Shown: positions 27,924 through 37,396 of the stretch, in pieces
How positions within the stretch are numbered: position 1 is the first letter of the stretch
How the letters are laid out: every line of letters begins with the position of its first letter
DNA from: a virus
Length of the DNA stretch: 64,000 nt
IMG/VR virus record: IMGVR_UViG_3300045988_165550
Span: 40,311-104,310 of that record
Direction: 5' to 3' (one strand)
Notes under the pieces: model-generated
Database searches by the model: none
Told to the model about the DNA's origin: nothing
Seen by the model: only the letters and a program-made list of their open reading frames with translations
Made by a program: the position numbers and the translations under genes

Positions 27924-28655
27924 ATGCCAAATATCTATCTTCGTCTCCCCACCTCCCGCTGCCAGTTCTTCCGGCACCGCGATCCCAAGCTCACCCTGGC
28001 AAAGGATGAGCCGGTAGTGTTCAGCAACTACTCGCACGAGCACTTCATCATGCGCAACTCCCTCATCAATGCCCCAGCCCGCAGCAGCCGTATCGACCTC
28101 GGCTGTTTCTCCCAGCAGCAATGGTGCAATATGCTCACGGGTAGGCACCCTGCCGGAGGCAAGGTAATGATGCGCCGTGATGCCGGAAGCTGGCTCACCT
28201 TTCAGGAAGTTCAGCAGCTCAATGGTCGCCTTACTGATGGCAAGGGCGCACATGATGATTATCTCTGCATCCGTCTGCCCAGCGAAGTAGAGATTGTCGA
28301 TACCGTTTATTCCGTAAAGCCTACCTTTACATTGGATACGTACGGCATCCGTGCCCTGGTAGTCTCACTCAACAACGATTTCAAGCGCAGCCTCGTAGAA
28401 TGGTCGCTATCCACCTTCGACTTCTGCACGTCCAAAGGCAGGGTTATCGCCCGCTCCCATAACGCCATGTTGGAACGGTACTTAATGCGATATGGCATAG
28501 AAGCCAGCGAGGAAGAGAAAGACGTATTGCGCCGCATCATCGGCAGGTGGTTCCGCACGGAGCACTGCTTCTTCAAGAGCTATTCCTGCGTGGATATGCA
28601 GTATAAAGATAGCCGTGATAAGCCCAATCGCATCGATGAAGTGCAGTGGCTATGA
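27924..28655 (+). CDS. hypothetical protein
   Basis: 243-aa ORF, 5 nt after the previous stop. Confidence 0.6.
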   Translation: MPNIYLRLPTSRCQFFRHRDPKLTLAKDEPVVFSNYSHEHFIMRNSLINAPARSSRIDLGCFSQQQWCNMLTGRHPAGGKVMMRRDAGSWLTFQEVQQLNGRLTDGKGAHDDYLCIRLPSEVEIVDTVYSVKPTFTLDTYGIRALVVSLNNDFKRSLVEWSLSTFDFCTSKGRVIARSHNAMLERYLMRYGIEASEEEKDVLRRIIGRWFRTEHCFFKSYSCVDMQYKDSRDKPNRIDEVQWL

Positions 28656-28729
28656 TTTTACACCTTTTATAATAGGTGTTAATTCATAATATAATAAACG
28701 TTAAATAATAGATAAATCAAGGAAAAGAT

Positions 28730-29218
28730 ATGAAAAAAGTAAATAGTTGCAGAGAGTTATTTCTTGATGGAGTAACCGATGCTTATTTTTATGCTGCAAG
28801 GGAAAGTTCCCTTCCTATCCCGTTCATTGTGCAGCGGGTGTTGCAGATGAATGGCTGCAGGTTTGCCGGCGAAGCACTCCATATTGCCACCAGCGAAGGC
28901 GATAATTACGTGGTGGCAGATGCCATCACCGCCAAGCAGACTTCCCAGGAAGGTGGCAACGGCACCGCATTCAGCTTCGAGATTACCGCCAATATCGAAG
29001 CCGGAAAGGAGAATATACCCGAAATCATCAAGAATATGCACGGAAACGACTATTATATAGTCTTGCGCAAGCAGGATGATTCGCTTTATCTCTGCTATAC
29101 GCTGCCTAATACCTTCCGCATCACCGATTCCGTAACCAGTCAGAACGATGCTGAAACCCGCAGCGTTACGGCAACCTGCCAGGCGATGTCGGAGTTTATC
29201 CCGATTACGCTTTCATAA
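28730..29218 (+). CDS. hypothetical protein (possibly structural)
   Basis: 162-aa ORF followed by a strong terminator. Confidence 0.5.
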   Translation: MKKVNSCRELFLDGVTDAYFYAARESSLPIPFIVQRVLQMNGCRFAGEALHIATSEGDNYVVADAITAKQTSQEGGNGTAFSFEITANIEAGKENIPEIIKNMHGNDYYIVLRKQDDSLYLCYTLPNTFRITDSVTSQNDAETRSVTATCQAMSEFIPITLS

Positions 29219-29304
29219 TCAGTTTTTAAAAAGAATTGCCGATTCTTAATTATTATAGTTTTTAAAAATGTAATTTGTTTTAGTTTAGTAAGATTTGAAT
29301 TAAT

Positions 29305-29340
29305 AGCCCTGCCGTCTGTGATAGATAGCAGGGTTTTTTG
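29305..29340 (+). terminator. rho-independent terminator
   Basis: Stem ccctgc (29307..29312) pairs with gcaggg (29328..29333), followed by T6. Confidence 0.7.
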
Positions 29341-29410
29341 TTTTCCCCTAAATCATAATGAAATCCCACATATAGGCTTATTTTGTCCCTATCTGCCCAC
29401 GTTTTCCCAT

Positions 29411-29418
29411 TACCTTTG
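29411..29418 (+). promoter_or_regulatory. Bacteroidota -7 promoter box
   Basis: TACCTTTG lies about 100 nt upstream of ATG 29522, the head-gene operon. Confidence 0.45.
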
Positions 29419-29521
29419 CCGTCAGAAAATATATAAGAGTCTTCTTTTGCAATCAAGGTAAGGAGATTTGTTTTCAGGATAACGATAACATACATTAATT
29501 TTTAAAATTCTATTACCCACA

Positions 29522-31150
29522 ATGAAAGGTCTTTATGAAATTCTGACCGAGAAGAAGTGGATGGTGAACCCCGATTTCGTGCATGGCATTCGCAAAACGA
29601 TCGAGCAGAACTTAAATACTCATACAGCGTTTACCAAACCGGAAAAGACTTGTGGATTCGTCACTGCAAAGGATGATAAAGGCAACACCTACTATCCGGA
29701 GGAATATCAGATTTCCGAGGATGGCAAGCAGGTGAGAACTAACTATCAGCTCGACTATCCGGAAGATGATGAGCGGGCGCAGAACTTTCCGTTTGTTTCG
29801 GTTCTCACCGTAGATGGTCCTATCACTCGAAATGGCGGATATTGCTCTTATGGTTCTGTCGACCATCGCGATATGATGATGCGTGCGGCTGATCATCCGC
29901 TTTGCCGAGGTCATCTTTTTATCATCAATACTCCTGGCGGTTCGGCTTGGGCTAAAAATGATTATGCCTTGGCTATCGACTATGCCCACTCCAAAGGTCA
30001 AAAGGTTATTGCTCTGGTAGATGGCATGTGCGCCAGTGCAGGTATGTATCTCGCCTCTCTTTGCGATGAGCGATATTATTTGAATCCGAAAGATGAAGTT
30101 GGTTGTATCGGTGTGATGGCTGCCTTCTATACTTTGGCTAATGGCTCAAAGGATAAATATACCGATGAGACTTATCACGAGGAGTACGATCCAGAGTCAT
30201 TCGACAAGAATAAGGCTTACCGTGACATCGCCAACAAGAACGACAATAAGGAACTCGTAAAAGAGCTTGCCGAGTTGGGTGTTGAGTTCAGAACTGACGT
30301 AAAGAAAGCTTGCCCTAATGCAACCGATAAGCATCTTAAGGGCAAGATATTTAGTGCTGAAGACGTGAAGGGAATCCTTATGGACGACCAGAGCACCTTT
30401 ATGGGTTGCGTTCAGCGTTGCTTTGCTCTCTACAATGGCATAGCCGAGCCTATCAAACGAGAGGCTTCTATCCAAAAGCCAGAACCGGAAGACAACGAGC
30501 CTGAGCAGGCATCAGCATCCACTGCACAAGAAAATCATCAACATACAAACACCAAAAATCAAATCAATATGGCAAATTATCCAAAGATCAATGCCGCTTG
30601 CGGTATGCAGGATGGTCAGCAGATTGAGGTGAAGGAGGAAGGCGCATTCATGAATGCCCCATTGCTCGACACCCTCGAAGCTCATCTCGCATCGCAGGAG
30701 CAGGCAGTGGCTGATGCTAAGCAGAAAGCCACCACAGCAGAGCAGAGTCTTGCCGATCTCCAGGCAAAGCACGACGCACTCGCTGAAACCATCGCCCAGA
30801 AGGACGAGGAGATTAAGAACCTGAAAGAGGCAAAGGCTAAGGCAGATGAGGACATCAAAGCCCTCAACGACGCTAAGGCAAAGGCTGATGAGGAGAAGGC
30901 AAAGGCGGATGAGGAGTTGAAGACTGCACAGGCTTCGCTCGCTACTGCCCAGCAGACCATCGCCGACAAGGACGCTCAGATTGCTGAGTTGAACGAGAAC
31001 CCAGGTGAGGAGCCAGCACAGGGCGCAGCACCTCAGAACAACGGTGAGGGTGCAAAGGCTCAGAATCTCCGTGAGTTCGACCCAACGAAGTATAAGACCA
31101 ATGCCGAGCGCAAGGCGGCCTTCGAGCGTTTCAAGCGAGGCGAGGAGTAA
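29522..31150 (+). CDS. S49 (SppA/ClpP-like) head maturation protease fused to coiled-coil scaffold domain
   Basis: IINTPGGSAW and VALVDGMCASAGMYLASLCD match the S49 serine block. The C-terminal 200 aa are a KAKADE-repeat coiled coil. The gene lies directly upstream of the capsid gene. Confidence 0.8.
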   Translation: MKGLYEILTEKKWMVNPDFVHGIRKTIEQNLNTHTAFTKPEKTCGFVTAKDDKGNTYYPEEYQISEDGKQVRTNYQLDYPEDDERAQNFPFVSVLTVDGPITRNGGYCSYGSVDHRDMMMRAADHPLCRGHLFIINTPGGSAWAKNDYALAIDYAHSKGQKVIALVDGMCASAGMYLASLCDERYYLNPKDEVGCIGVMAAFYTLANGSKDKYTDETYHEEYDPESFDKNKAYRDIANKNDNKELVKELAELGVEFRTDVKKACPNATDKHLKGKIFSAEDVKGILMDDQSTFMGCVQRCFALYNGIAEPIKREASIQKPEPEDNEPEQASASTAQENHQHTNTKNQINMANYPKINAACGMQDGQQIEVKEEGAFMNAPLLDTLEAHLASQEQAVADAKQKATTAEQSLADLQAKHDALAETIAQKDEEIKNLKEAKAKADEDIKALNDAKAKADEEKAKADEELKTAQASLATAQQTIADKDAQIAELNENPGEEPAQGAAPQNNGEGAKAQNLREFDPTKYKTNAERKAAFERFKRGEE

Positions 31151-31200
31151 TCTTCATTTTTCATTTAATTTCATTTCATCTTATTTAAATTTTAATTATT

Positions 31201-32499
31201 ATGGCAAATCTTCCTAAAGATTTTATCGGCACATCAGCTCTTGAGCACGTAGCCGAGCAGGTGAGCAAGGAAATCCTCATGGGTCCAGGCTACACCGATG
31301 CAGAGGAAATGGATCGCCTCGGCATTCAGGTTATCAGTGGTGTGCAGTTTAAGCGCACTTTCAACATCTTCCTCCGTAAGGGTGGTACTACCCGCCGTAA
31401 GGATGTTCACGCTAAAGTGAGCAGCCAGGCAGGATTCCTCAAGGAGCGTACTTTGACAGTGAAGCTTACTTGGGACCACTTTGACGATAACATCGATAAC
31501 TACTGCGAGACACCTTTCGGTACAGACGCACAGGGTCAGTATCCTCTCTCTACCCAGGCTGCAGAGGCTATCCTGAAGGATTACGCCGACAACCTTACAG
31601 CTTGCTTGTGGTTCGGTAATATTGACCTCGATAACGGCGATGAGACCGTTCCTGCAAAGGATCAGGCTCTTGCATTGTATGATGGTTATCATACCTGCGT
31701 AAAGCACGACATCGAGGATGGTCTTATCTCTGAGGCTAACGGCAACCTTATCCAGTGTGATGCCATCGAGGAGCCAGCCGACAACAACGACTCTACTCCA
31801 TTCGATAACTTCATCGACTGGTACTTCAAGTGGGATGCTCGTCTGCGCAAGCAGCAGGTAATGGTCTATATGAACGAGTCTACTGCCCGCAACATCGCCG
31901 CCGGTTACGCTAACAAGTATCACGGCAACTTCAAGGTAGAGACTGAGGCAGGTGACAACTTTAAGTTGCCAGGTTACTCTAAGGTAACTATCTGTCCTGT
32001 ATCAGACTTTGGTACTGGCGATCGTATGTATGCTACTGTAAAGGGCAACTTCGTTTACGGTGTTGATACAGAAAGCAACAAGACTTTCATCAGCGTTCGT
32101 GTAGGCTCTGACACCGACCACAGAACCATCTCTTTCCAGATTCAAAGTATTCAGGGTGCAGGTATTAAGGTGCCATTCTCTAGCAGCATGGTTGTCAGCC
32201 CAGGTAAGCTTGATAACCCAGGCTACAAGGCTGGTGATTACACCGACTCTAACCTCACCGTTACCCTCGCAAAGAACAGCACTGCTGATGCAGGTGAGAT
32301 TGATGGTAGCGTAAAGGTTAATGACAAACCTTACGATAAGCCAGTTGACACCAAAGCCAACGACGTGCTGACTCTTGAGGCAGTAGATGGTACCAACTTC
32401 GCCTTCGACCACTGGAGCAACGGCAGCAAGGAGAAGAAGATCCAGGTAATCGCCAGTGGCACAAGCATGGCTTACACCGCCTTCTTCAAGAAAGCCTAG
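31201..32499 (+). CDS. major capsid protein (P2 gpN-like / HK97 fold by position and pattern)
   Basis: 432 aa, immediately after the protease-scaffold gene. The N-terminal and central blocks resemble gpN-type capsid proteins. Confidence 0.6.
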   Translation: MANLPKDFIGTSALEHVAEQVSKEILMGPGYTDAEEMDRLGIQVISGVQFKRTFNIFLRKGGTTRRKDVHAKVSSQAGFLKERTLTVKLTWDHFDDNIDNYCETPFGTDAQGQYPLSTQAAEAILKDYADNLTACLWFGNIDLDNGDETVPAKDQALALYDGYHTCVKHDIEDGLISEANGNLIQCDAIEEPADNNDSTPFDNFIDWYFKWDARLRKQQVMVYMNESTARNIAAGYANKYHGNFKVETEAGDNFKLPGYSKVTICPVSDFGTGDRMYATVKGNFVYGVDTESNKTFISVRVGSDTDHRTISFQIQSIQGAGIKVPFSSSMVVSPGKLDNPGYKAGDYTDSNLTVTLAKNSTADAGEIDGSVKVNDKPYDKPVDTKANDVLTLEAVDGTNFAFDHWSNGSKEKKIQVIASGTSMAYTAFFKKA

Positions 32500-32516
32500 C
32501 CTTCTCCTGCCCCCCC

Positions 32517-32541
32517 CGTTCCCAGCGATTCCATCGCTGGT
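32517..32541 (+). repeat. 25-nt hairpin repeat, copy 2 (preceded by a C8 run at 32510..32517)
   Basis: cgttcccagcgattccAtcgctggt, 18 nt after the capsid stop codon. Confidence 0.85.
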
Positions 32542-32649
32542 CCAACAGGCAAAAAGGCAGTCCTCTATAAATCCTCGGCGGCGGTCGCCTGACCTGGCGG
32601 AATATGGCTTCCGTCGCCATTTCGTTTAATCATCAAAAAAGATACAATT

Positions 32650-33228
32650 ATGGCAGAAACAGTAACATGCCCAGAGATCAAGGATTTGCTTTCCGAGAAC
32701 GATTGCTTGGAAAACTTCGGCGGTCTTGGCGTAAACGTATATGTCTTTATCAAGAGTGAGCTTGCTGCTCCTCTCTCACCAGAGAAAGGTAAGAACACCT
32801 ATGCAGCGCTGACTGCTGCGTCCTTCAAGAAAGGTAAGGGTCTCTACAAGTTTGAGTGCCAGGATGGCGGTCAGGGTCACACCTGGGAGAACCTCGGTTT
32901 CCAGAAAGGCTTCAAGCAGACCTTGGACTACGTTCTTGAGAGCGTAAATGCCGATACTGCTTATGTGGCTCGTGGTCTCAATAACCTCAAGTGTGGTTAT
33001 ATCATCGAGGACGGTGATAAATCAATCATCGTTTACGACAAGCAGCACGACTTCAAATACGACTCCGGTAATATTAAAGGAGACACGGGCAAAAAACCAG
33101 AAGATGATCGTGTAGTTACACTGAGCGGTTCCCTCAGTCCGACAACTTTCGGCCGTTATGAGATTGCCGCACCAGAAAGTGGATGGGATTCTCTCTGTAA
33201 TGGCGCAGGCACAGCGGGGGAAGTGTAA
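32650..33228 (+). CDS. hypothetical structural protein
   Basis: 192-aa ORF with an ATGGCA start, downstream of the capsid gene. Confidence 0.5.
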   Translation: MAETVTCPEIKDLLSENDCLENFGGLGVNVYVFIKSELAAPLSPEKGKNTYAALTAASFKKGKGLYKFECQDGGQGHTWENLGFQKGFKQTLDYVLESVNADTAYVARGLNNLKCGYIIEDGDKSIIVYDKQHDFKYDSGNIKGDTGKKPEDDRVVTLSGSLSPTTFGRYEIAAPESGWDSLCNGAGTAGEV

Positions 33229-33391
33229 GCGGAACTGACAAGAGCGATACCAATTCCGCTCCCCGGCAGTCATCTAAGCGGAGCAAGCAGGTAGCATCTA
33301 TCAATGATGAAACCGCTATGCTTGGCGAGAATGATGAATAATCGCTCACCTATCCAATGCGTTCCATTGGCAATTTACACTCTATAAATCA

Positions 33392-33443
33392 AAGCCTCGG
33401 TATTGATCCTTAGTAAAATAAGGCAAGATACCGGGGCTTTTCG
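33392..33443 (+). terminator. long hairpin terminator
   Basis: aagcctcggtat pairs with ataccggggctt (12 bp including one G-U pair). An inner cctta/taagg stem is present and the hairpin is followed by TTT. Confidence 0.6.
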
Positions 33444-33502
33444 CATTTAAAACTGCAAATATCTTTCATTTTTTAATATCTTATCCCATAATTAGATTTT
33501 TT

Positions 33503-33525
33503 TATGCAAAATGCGTTTCCGCATA
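33503..33525. promoter_or_regulatory. inverted repeat TATGC-N13-GCATA upstream of the LysR gene (candidate LysR-type box)
   Basis: tatgcaaaatgcgtttccgcata lies 69-91 nt upstream of ATG 33594. LysR regulators commonly autoregulate through dyads in this position. Confidence 0.35.
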
Positions 33526-33537
33526 GAATATTTTTCT

Positions 33538-33545
33538 TATTTTTG
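33538..33545 (+). promoter_or_regulatory. Bacteroidota -7 promoter box
   Basis: TATTTTTG lies 49 nt upstream of ATG 33594. Confidence 0.5.
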
Positions 33546-33593
33546 CAGCATGAAATTTTAATTTATATAGTGTAACTAAAATAGTAAGAGATT

Positions 33594-34499
33594 ATGGAAC
33601 TAAGACATTTACGTTCGTTTGTGTATGTGGCAGAGACGCTTTCTTTCAGCATCGCCGCCACCCGATGTTTTGTTACCCAATCCGCCATCAGTCAGCACAT
33701 CAAGGCTCTGGAGGACGAACTGGGATGCAAGCTGCTGATACGCACATCGCACAGTATCATGCTTACCGAGAACGGAGAGGCACTTCTGCCCCGTGCCAAG
33801 GAAATACTGAAGTTGGCGGAAGACTGCAAGGAGCATATCAATGCACTCAACAACTGCATGACCGGAGAACTGCGCATCGGTGTAGGTTCCTTTATCGCAC
33901 CCTATATCCGTGTGGCTGCACTTATATTCATGGAGCGATACCCTAACGTAAGAGTGAATGCCGAATTTTCCAAGGCAACGAGCCTGAACCGCCTGTTGCG
34001 AGACCACATGCTGGATCTCGCTTTTACGATGAACGAAGCTTATACCAACGAGGGCATCGAGAGCCATCCCTGCATCCCATTCAGCATTTGTGCCATCATG
34101 CGAAACACACACCCTCTTGCCAGGAAAGATAAGATAATATACGATGACCTGCTGAAGCACGGTATCATCATGCCCGATGTAGGCGAACGTGTTTTCAACA
34201 CTTTTCAGCAATATTTGCAGAACGATCTCACCAAATTAAGCGTAAAGTGTATCCTCAGTGACCCCGACGAAGACCTTGCCATCATAGAAGATACTCACCT
34301 GGTTACTTTTATGCCGAAGCTGTATCTGAAGAACCACCCTACCCTTATAGCTCGCCCTATCCAGGGCATAGGAGAAGAACTGATGAGCAATGCCCACTGG
34401 ATGAAGGATGTACCCATGAAGCGTTCTGCACAACTCTTCCTCGACATTATCAGGGACGAAGCCATCCCGTATATCAAGGCTTTGGAAGAAACTATGTAG
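33594..34499 (+). CDS. LysR-family transcriptional regulator
   Basis: The N-terminal wHTH MELRHLRSFVYVAETLSFSIAATRCFVTQSAISQHIKALEDELGCKLLIRT is a textbook LysR HTH_1 domain. A 200-aa LysR-substrate-like C-terminal domain follows. Confidence 0.9.
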   Translation: MELRHLRSFVYVAETLSFSIAATRCFVTQSAISQHIKALEDELGCKLLIRTSHSIMLTENGEALLPRAKEILKLAEDCKEHINALNNCMTGELRIGVGSFIAPYIRVAALIFMERYPNVRVNAEFSKATSLNRLLRDHMLDLAFTMNEAYTNEGIESHPCIPFSICAIMRNTHPLARKDKIIYDDLLKHGIIMPDVGERVFNTFQQYLQNDLTKLSVKCILSDPDEDLAIIEDTHLVTFMPKLYLKNHPTLIARPIQGIGEELMSNAHWMKDVPMKRSAQLFLDIIRDEAIPYIKALEETM

Positions 34500-34638
34500 C
34501 TTAGTACCAAAGTACATTTGTACTTATGTACTTCTGCACGTTTGTACTTTTTCTTATCTGTCTATTAGTGTTCCTGCTTCATGATTTATCCGCAAGAACA
34601 TCTAATAAAAATCACTTTTCAGTTTACTTCATTCCTAT

Positions 34639-34646
34639 TACCTTTG
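34639..34646 (+). promoter_or_regulatory. Bacteroidota -7 promoter box
   Basis: TACCTTTG lies 42 nt upstream of ATG 34688. Confidence 0.5.
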
Positions 34647-34687
34647 CATACGATTCCGATATTGGAAGAATTTAAACACAAAAAACT

Positions 34688-35200
34688 ATGCAGGTAAAAA
34701 CGAATGATGGCAACTATGATGTTGCCAGCAAGGGATTGGGTAATACCGCCCTTGGACTTGGTATCGCAGGTTTGGCTACCAGTTTGCTGGGTGGCGGTGC
34801 ATCCTTGTTTAACCTCGGCAGAGGCAACAATGGCATGACTGCCAATCCGAGTGATCCGGATGCACGCTTTGTAACCAAGAGTGAGACCAACCTTATTCAG
34901 GAGAACTCTACATTGAAGACGGAACTTGCTATCCAGAAGAGTGAGAACTATACCGACAAGAAGATGGTAGATGTTACTCAGTATCTTGACGGTAAGATTC
35001 GCCAGCTCGAAAACAAGGTGGATGCCAATAAGGATGCACAGCAGGCGGTCAACGCAGAGCAGATGGCATACAATGCCGCTGCCAACGCCAACATCGACGT
35101 GCTGAAATCGCAGGTGGCTTCACTCACGAGTGTTACCAAGCTGATGATTCCATCGGGCAATGTTTGTCAGATGGGGTGTGGATGCGCTTGTAACCAGTAA
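34688..35200 (+). CDS. hypothetical protein with Gly-rich hydrophobic segment, coiled coil and C-terminal CQMGCGCAC cluster
   Basis: 170-aa ORF; features read from the translation. Confidence 0.5.
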   Translation: MQVKTNDGNYDVASKGLGNTALGLGIAGLATSLLGGGASLFNLGRGNNGMTANPSDPDARFVTKSETNLIQENSTLKTELAIQKSENYTDKKMVDVTQYLDGKIRQLENKVDANKDAQQAVNAEQMAYNAAANANIDVLKSQVASLTSVTKLMIPSGNVCQMGCGCACNQ

Positions 35201-35230
35201 CCGTATTTTCGGATAAAAGGAAGAAACGAT

Positions 35231-35653
35231 ATGGATTACAAGAACTCGCAAATCCTGGCAGCGGTGGTGTCCGAATGGGCACGCCCTGCCATCTCTCAGA
35301 TAGCGGCTGGCAATCTGATGCACTTGCCTATGCTCCAGTCTCTCCAGGCTACCATCGGCAGCATGGGACTGGTGAGCGGCAACTATTCTCTGCAAGCCGA
35401 TATAGAACCGATGATTCAGCCTGTGGTCAATGCGCTTGTCACTCCGATGCTCGCCAAGTATTTCGGGAACATTCCCGAAGAGAGCATTCCGCAGATGGCG
35501 CACGATGTGGTAGAGCAGCTTCGCTACAAAGGACCGCTCTCTATCCTGGAGGGTGTGATAACCTTTGACGAGGAGGATCTTGACGAACTCGCCGACCTTC
35601 TTCAGAAGAACCTTCCGGTAGAGAAGACCCAGGGCTATCAAGTGAAACATTAA
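35231..35653 (+). CDS. hypothetical protein
   Basis: 140-aa ORF. Confidence 0.5.
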   Translation: MDYKNSQILAAVVSEWARPAISQIAAGNLMHLPMLQSLQATIGSMGLVSGNYSLQADIEPMIQPVVNALVTPMLAKYFGNIPEESIPQMAHDVVEQLRYKGPLSILEGVITFDEEDLDELADLLQKNLPVEKTQGYQVKH

Positions 35654-35694
35654 TGCGGCGGTGAAGTCGTCGCTCTATTAAAACAGAAAAGACT

Positions 35695-36117
35695 ATGAAC
35701 AAAAGAACAATTCCAGCCTGCATCATGGCTACGCTTGCAGTAGGTGCAACCGCCACTGCTCCCTATTATGATGTAAATATCACGCAGCAGCTCTGTGCTC
35801 CTTCATGCGTGGACGAGACTCCGGTTTTCAACCCTCAGTTCTCTGTAAAGAGTATTGCCAACGTGGGTACTTCGCAATATCTCATAACCATTCACTTAGA
35901 GGGTGTTATCAGTTACGTGCCTTGCAACTGCGGCTCCTGCTGCACCCGCTCGCAGGTAGTAAGTCAGGATTTCACCATTCCTGTCTTCTCTGCTACGGCA
36001 ATCACGAACGTTACCACATCTCTTGGCAGCGTGAAAAACCGTCTTGTCAAGGTAGCCTGCTGCTCCTGTAGCAAGACTTTCGTGTGCGATGCTCCGTTAA
36101 CACTCACCATCGCATGA
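35695..36117 (+). CDS. secreted cysteine-rich small protein
   Basis: Signal-peptide-like N-terminus MNKRTIPACIMATLAVGATATA. There are 11 Cys, including PCNCGSCC and ACCSC clusters. Confidence 0.5.
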   Translation: MNKRTIPACIMATLAVGATATAPYYDVNITQQLCAPSCVDETPVFNPQFSVKSIANVGTSQYLITIHLEGVISYVPCNCGSCCTRSQVVSQDFTIPVFSATAITNVTTSLGSVKNRLVKVACCSCSKTFVCDAPLTLTIA

Positions 36118-36149
36118 CTATCCACTAACAAAAGGAAAGGTAAAAGACG

Positions 36150-36650
36150 ATGAAGTATATTCAGTTAATAGATCAGGCCCGTGCTCACGGCGTGGCTACT
36201 GAGAAGAAGATGATGGAGGCGATGGAGCAGTTGAGCTGCGACCTCGCCTCCCTGGAGGAAACAAATCCGGAATTGTACTGGCGCATCCTCCGTCACCAGC
36301 ACGCAGTGTTCTATGATCGTCATTACAGTGAGAAAATGGCCAACCATGATGTCTGCCATCTTGTGTACAGCAAGAAAGGTGAGAATGGTGAGTTGATAGG
36401 ATCCGGCGCGCATTGGACCAAATCGCAGATAGTGAATGCCACCAAGGGCATGAAGTTCCGTGAAAAGGTGAACGATTGGGATAAATATGTTGCCTTTAAT
36501 GCCATGTACGCTGACCTGTGCAGCGATATGACAGAAGATGAAATCATCAAGGCAGCTTATCTCTTCTATTTCCAGGATGCAGATTGGCAACCCGAAGAAG
36601 ACGATTGTACCAAGATATGGGACTATATGTCCGCTCACGCGATGATGTAG
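36150..36650 (+). CDS. hypothetical protein
   Basis: 166-aa ORF. Confidence 0.5.
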   Translation: MKYIQLIDQARAHGVATEKKMMEAMEQLSCDLASLEETNPELYWRILRHQHAVFYDRHYSEKMANHDVCHLVYSKKGENGELIGSGAHWTKSQIVNATKGMKFREKVNDWDKYVAFNAMYADLCSDMTEDEIIKAAYLFYFQDADWQPEEDDCTKIWDYMSAHAMM

Positions 36651-36799
36651 TTTGTTTTGAACTAGGTAATATAGATTTCGCACTAGCGAGTGCAAGTATT
36701 TAAAGTAAAAAGATTGGGATAACATTTTTTGAAGCCTCTTTGCGCCTACAAAAGCCGCAGGGAGGCTTTCTTTGTCCCCATCATCTTTTTAGCATTTGC

Positions 36800-36807
36800 T
36801 ATCTTTG
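36800..36807 (+). promoter_or_regulatory. Bacteroidota -7 promoter box
   Basis: TATCTTTG lies 34 nt upstream of ATG 36841. Confidence 0.5.
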
Positions 36808-36840
36808 CCATCAGAATAAAAACGATAAAACAGAAAAGAT

Positions 36841-37395
36841 ATGGCAAAGATTCAACCTCTTGCAGATTTCATTCTCTCCTTCGAGGGAGGTTACGTGAAC
36901 CACCCCAACGATAAGGGTGGTCCTACCAACATGGGCGTAACATTGAAAACCTGGCAAACCCAAGGTTACGACAAGAACCATGATGGCCGCATAGACGCAA
37001 AGGACGTGAAGCTTATCACAAAAGCCGATGCTATCTCCATCCTTCGCCGTTGCTACTGGAACCGATGGAAAGCCGATGGCATCAAAGACCAGAGCATCGC
37101 CAACATCCTGGTAGATTGGGTATGGATCAGCGGCACACCAGGCATCACCCTCGTACAGGCTATGCTGGGCGTAACCGCCGATGGTATCGTAGGCAACAAA
37201 ACTCTCAAGGCGCTCAATAGCCAGAACCCTAAGCGGTTTTTCGAGCGCATCAAGGCACGCCGCAAGCAATACATCGCTAGAGTCATTGCCCTGTGCCCTA
37301 GTCAGAAGGGCTTCGAGGCAGGCTGGCTCCGTCGTCTCAATGCTATCAGTTACGGCAGTCTTATCTCCAATAATGGCAAAGAAATAAAGTGGTAA
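36841..37395 (+). CDS. endolysin, glycoside hydrolase family 108 with PG_binding_3 domain
   Basis: The GH108 signature FILSFEGGYVNHPNDKGGPTNMGVT is present. The C-terminal DGIVGNKTLKALN block is typical of the associated peptidoglycan-binding domain. Confidence 0.85.
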   Translation: MAKIQPLADFILSFEGGYVNHPNDKGGPTNMGVTLKTWQTQGYDKNHDGRIDAKDVKLITKADAISILRRCYWNRWKADGIKDQSIANILVDWVWISGTPGITLVQAMLGVTADGIVGNKTLKALNSQNPKRFFERIKARRKQYIARVIALCPSQKGFEAGWLRRLNAISYGSLISNNGKEIKW

Positions 37396-37396
37396 T

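Noticed and set aside
29280-29495. 71-aa minus-strand ORF between the terminator at 29305 and the head-operon promoter
   Set aside because: It spans a plus-strand rho-independent terminator and the -7 box, so it is most likely intergenic.
31234-31923. 229-aa minus-strand ORF opposite the capsid gene, with similar antisense ORFs at 26341..26910, 33609..34211, 35120..35650, 36165..36725, 36811..37503, 37457..38179 and 44507..45133
   Set aside because: Each lies entirely within a plus-strand gene that has recognisable motifs or operon context. None has a promoter box or a recognisable domain.
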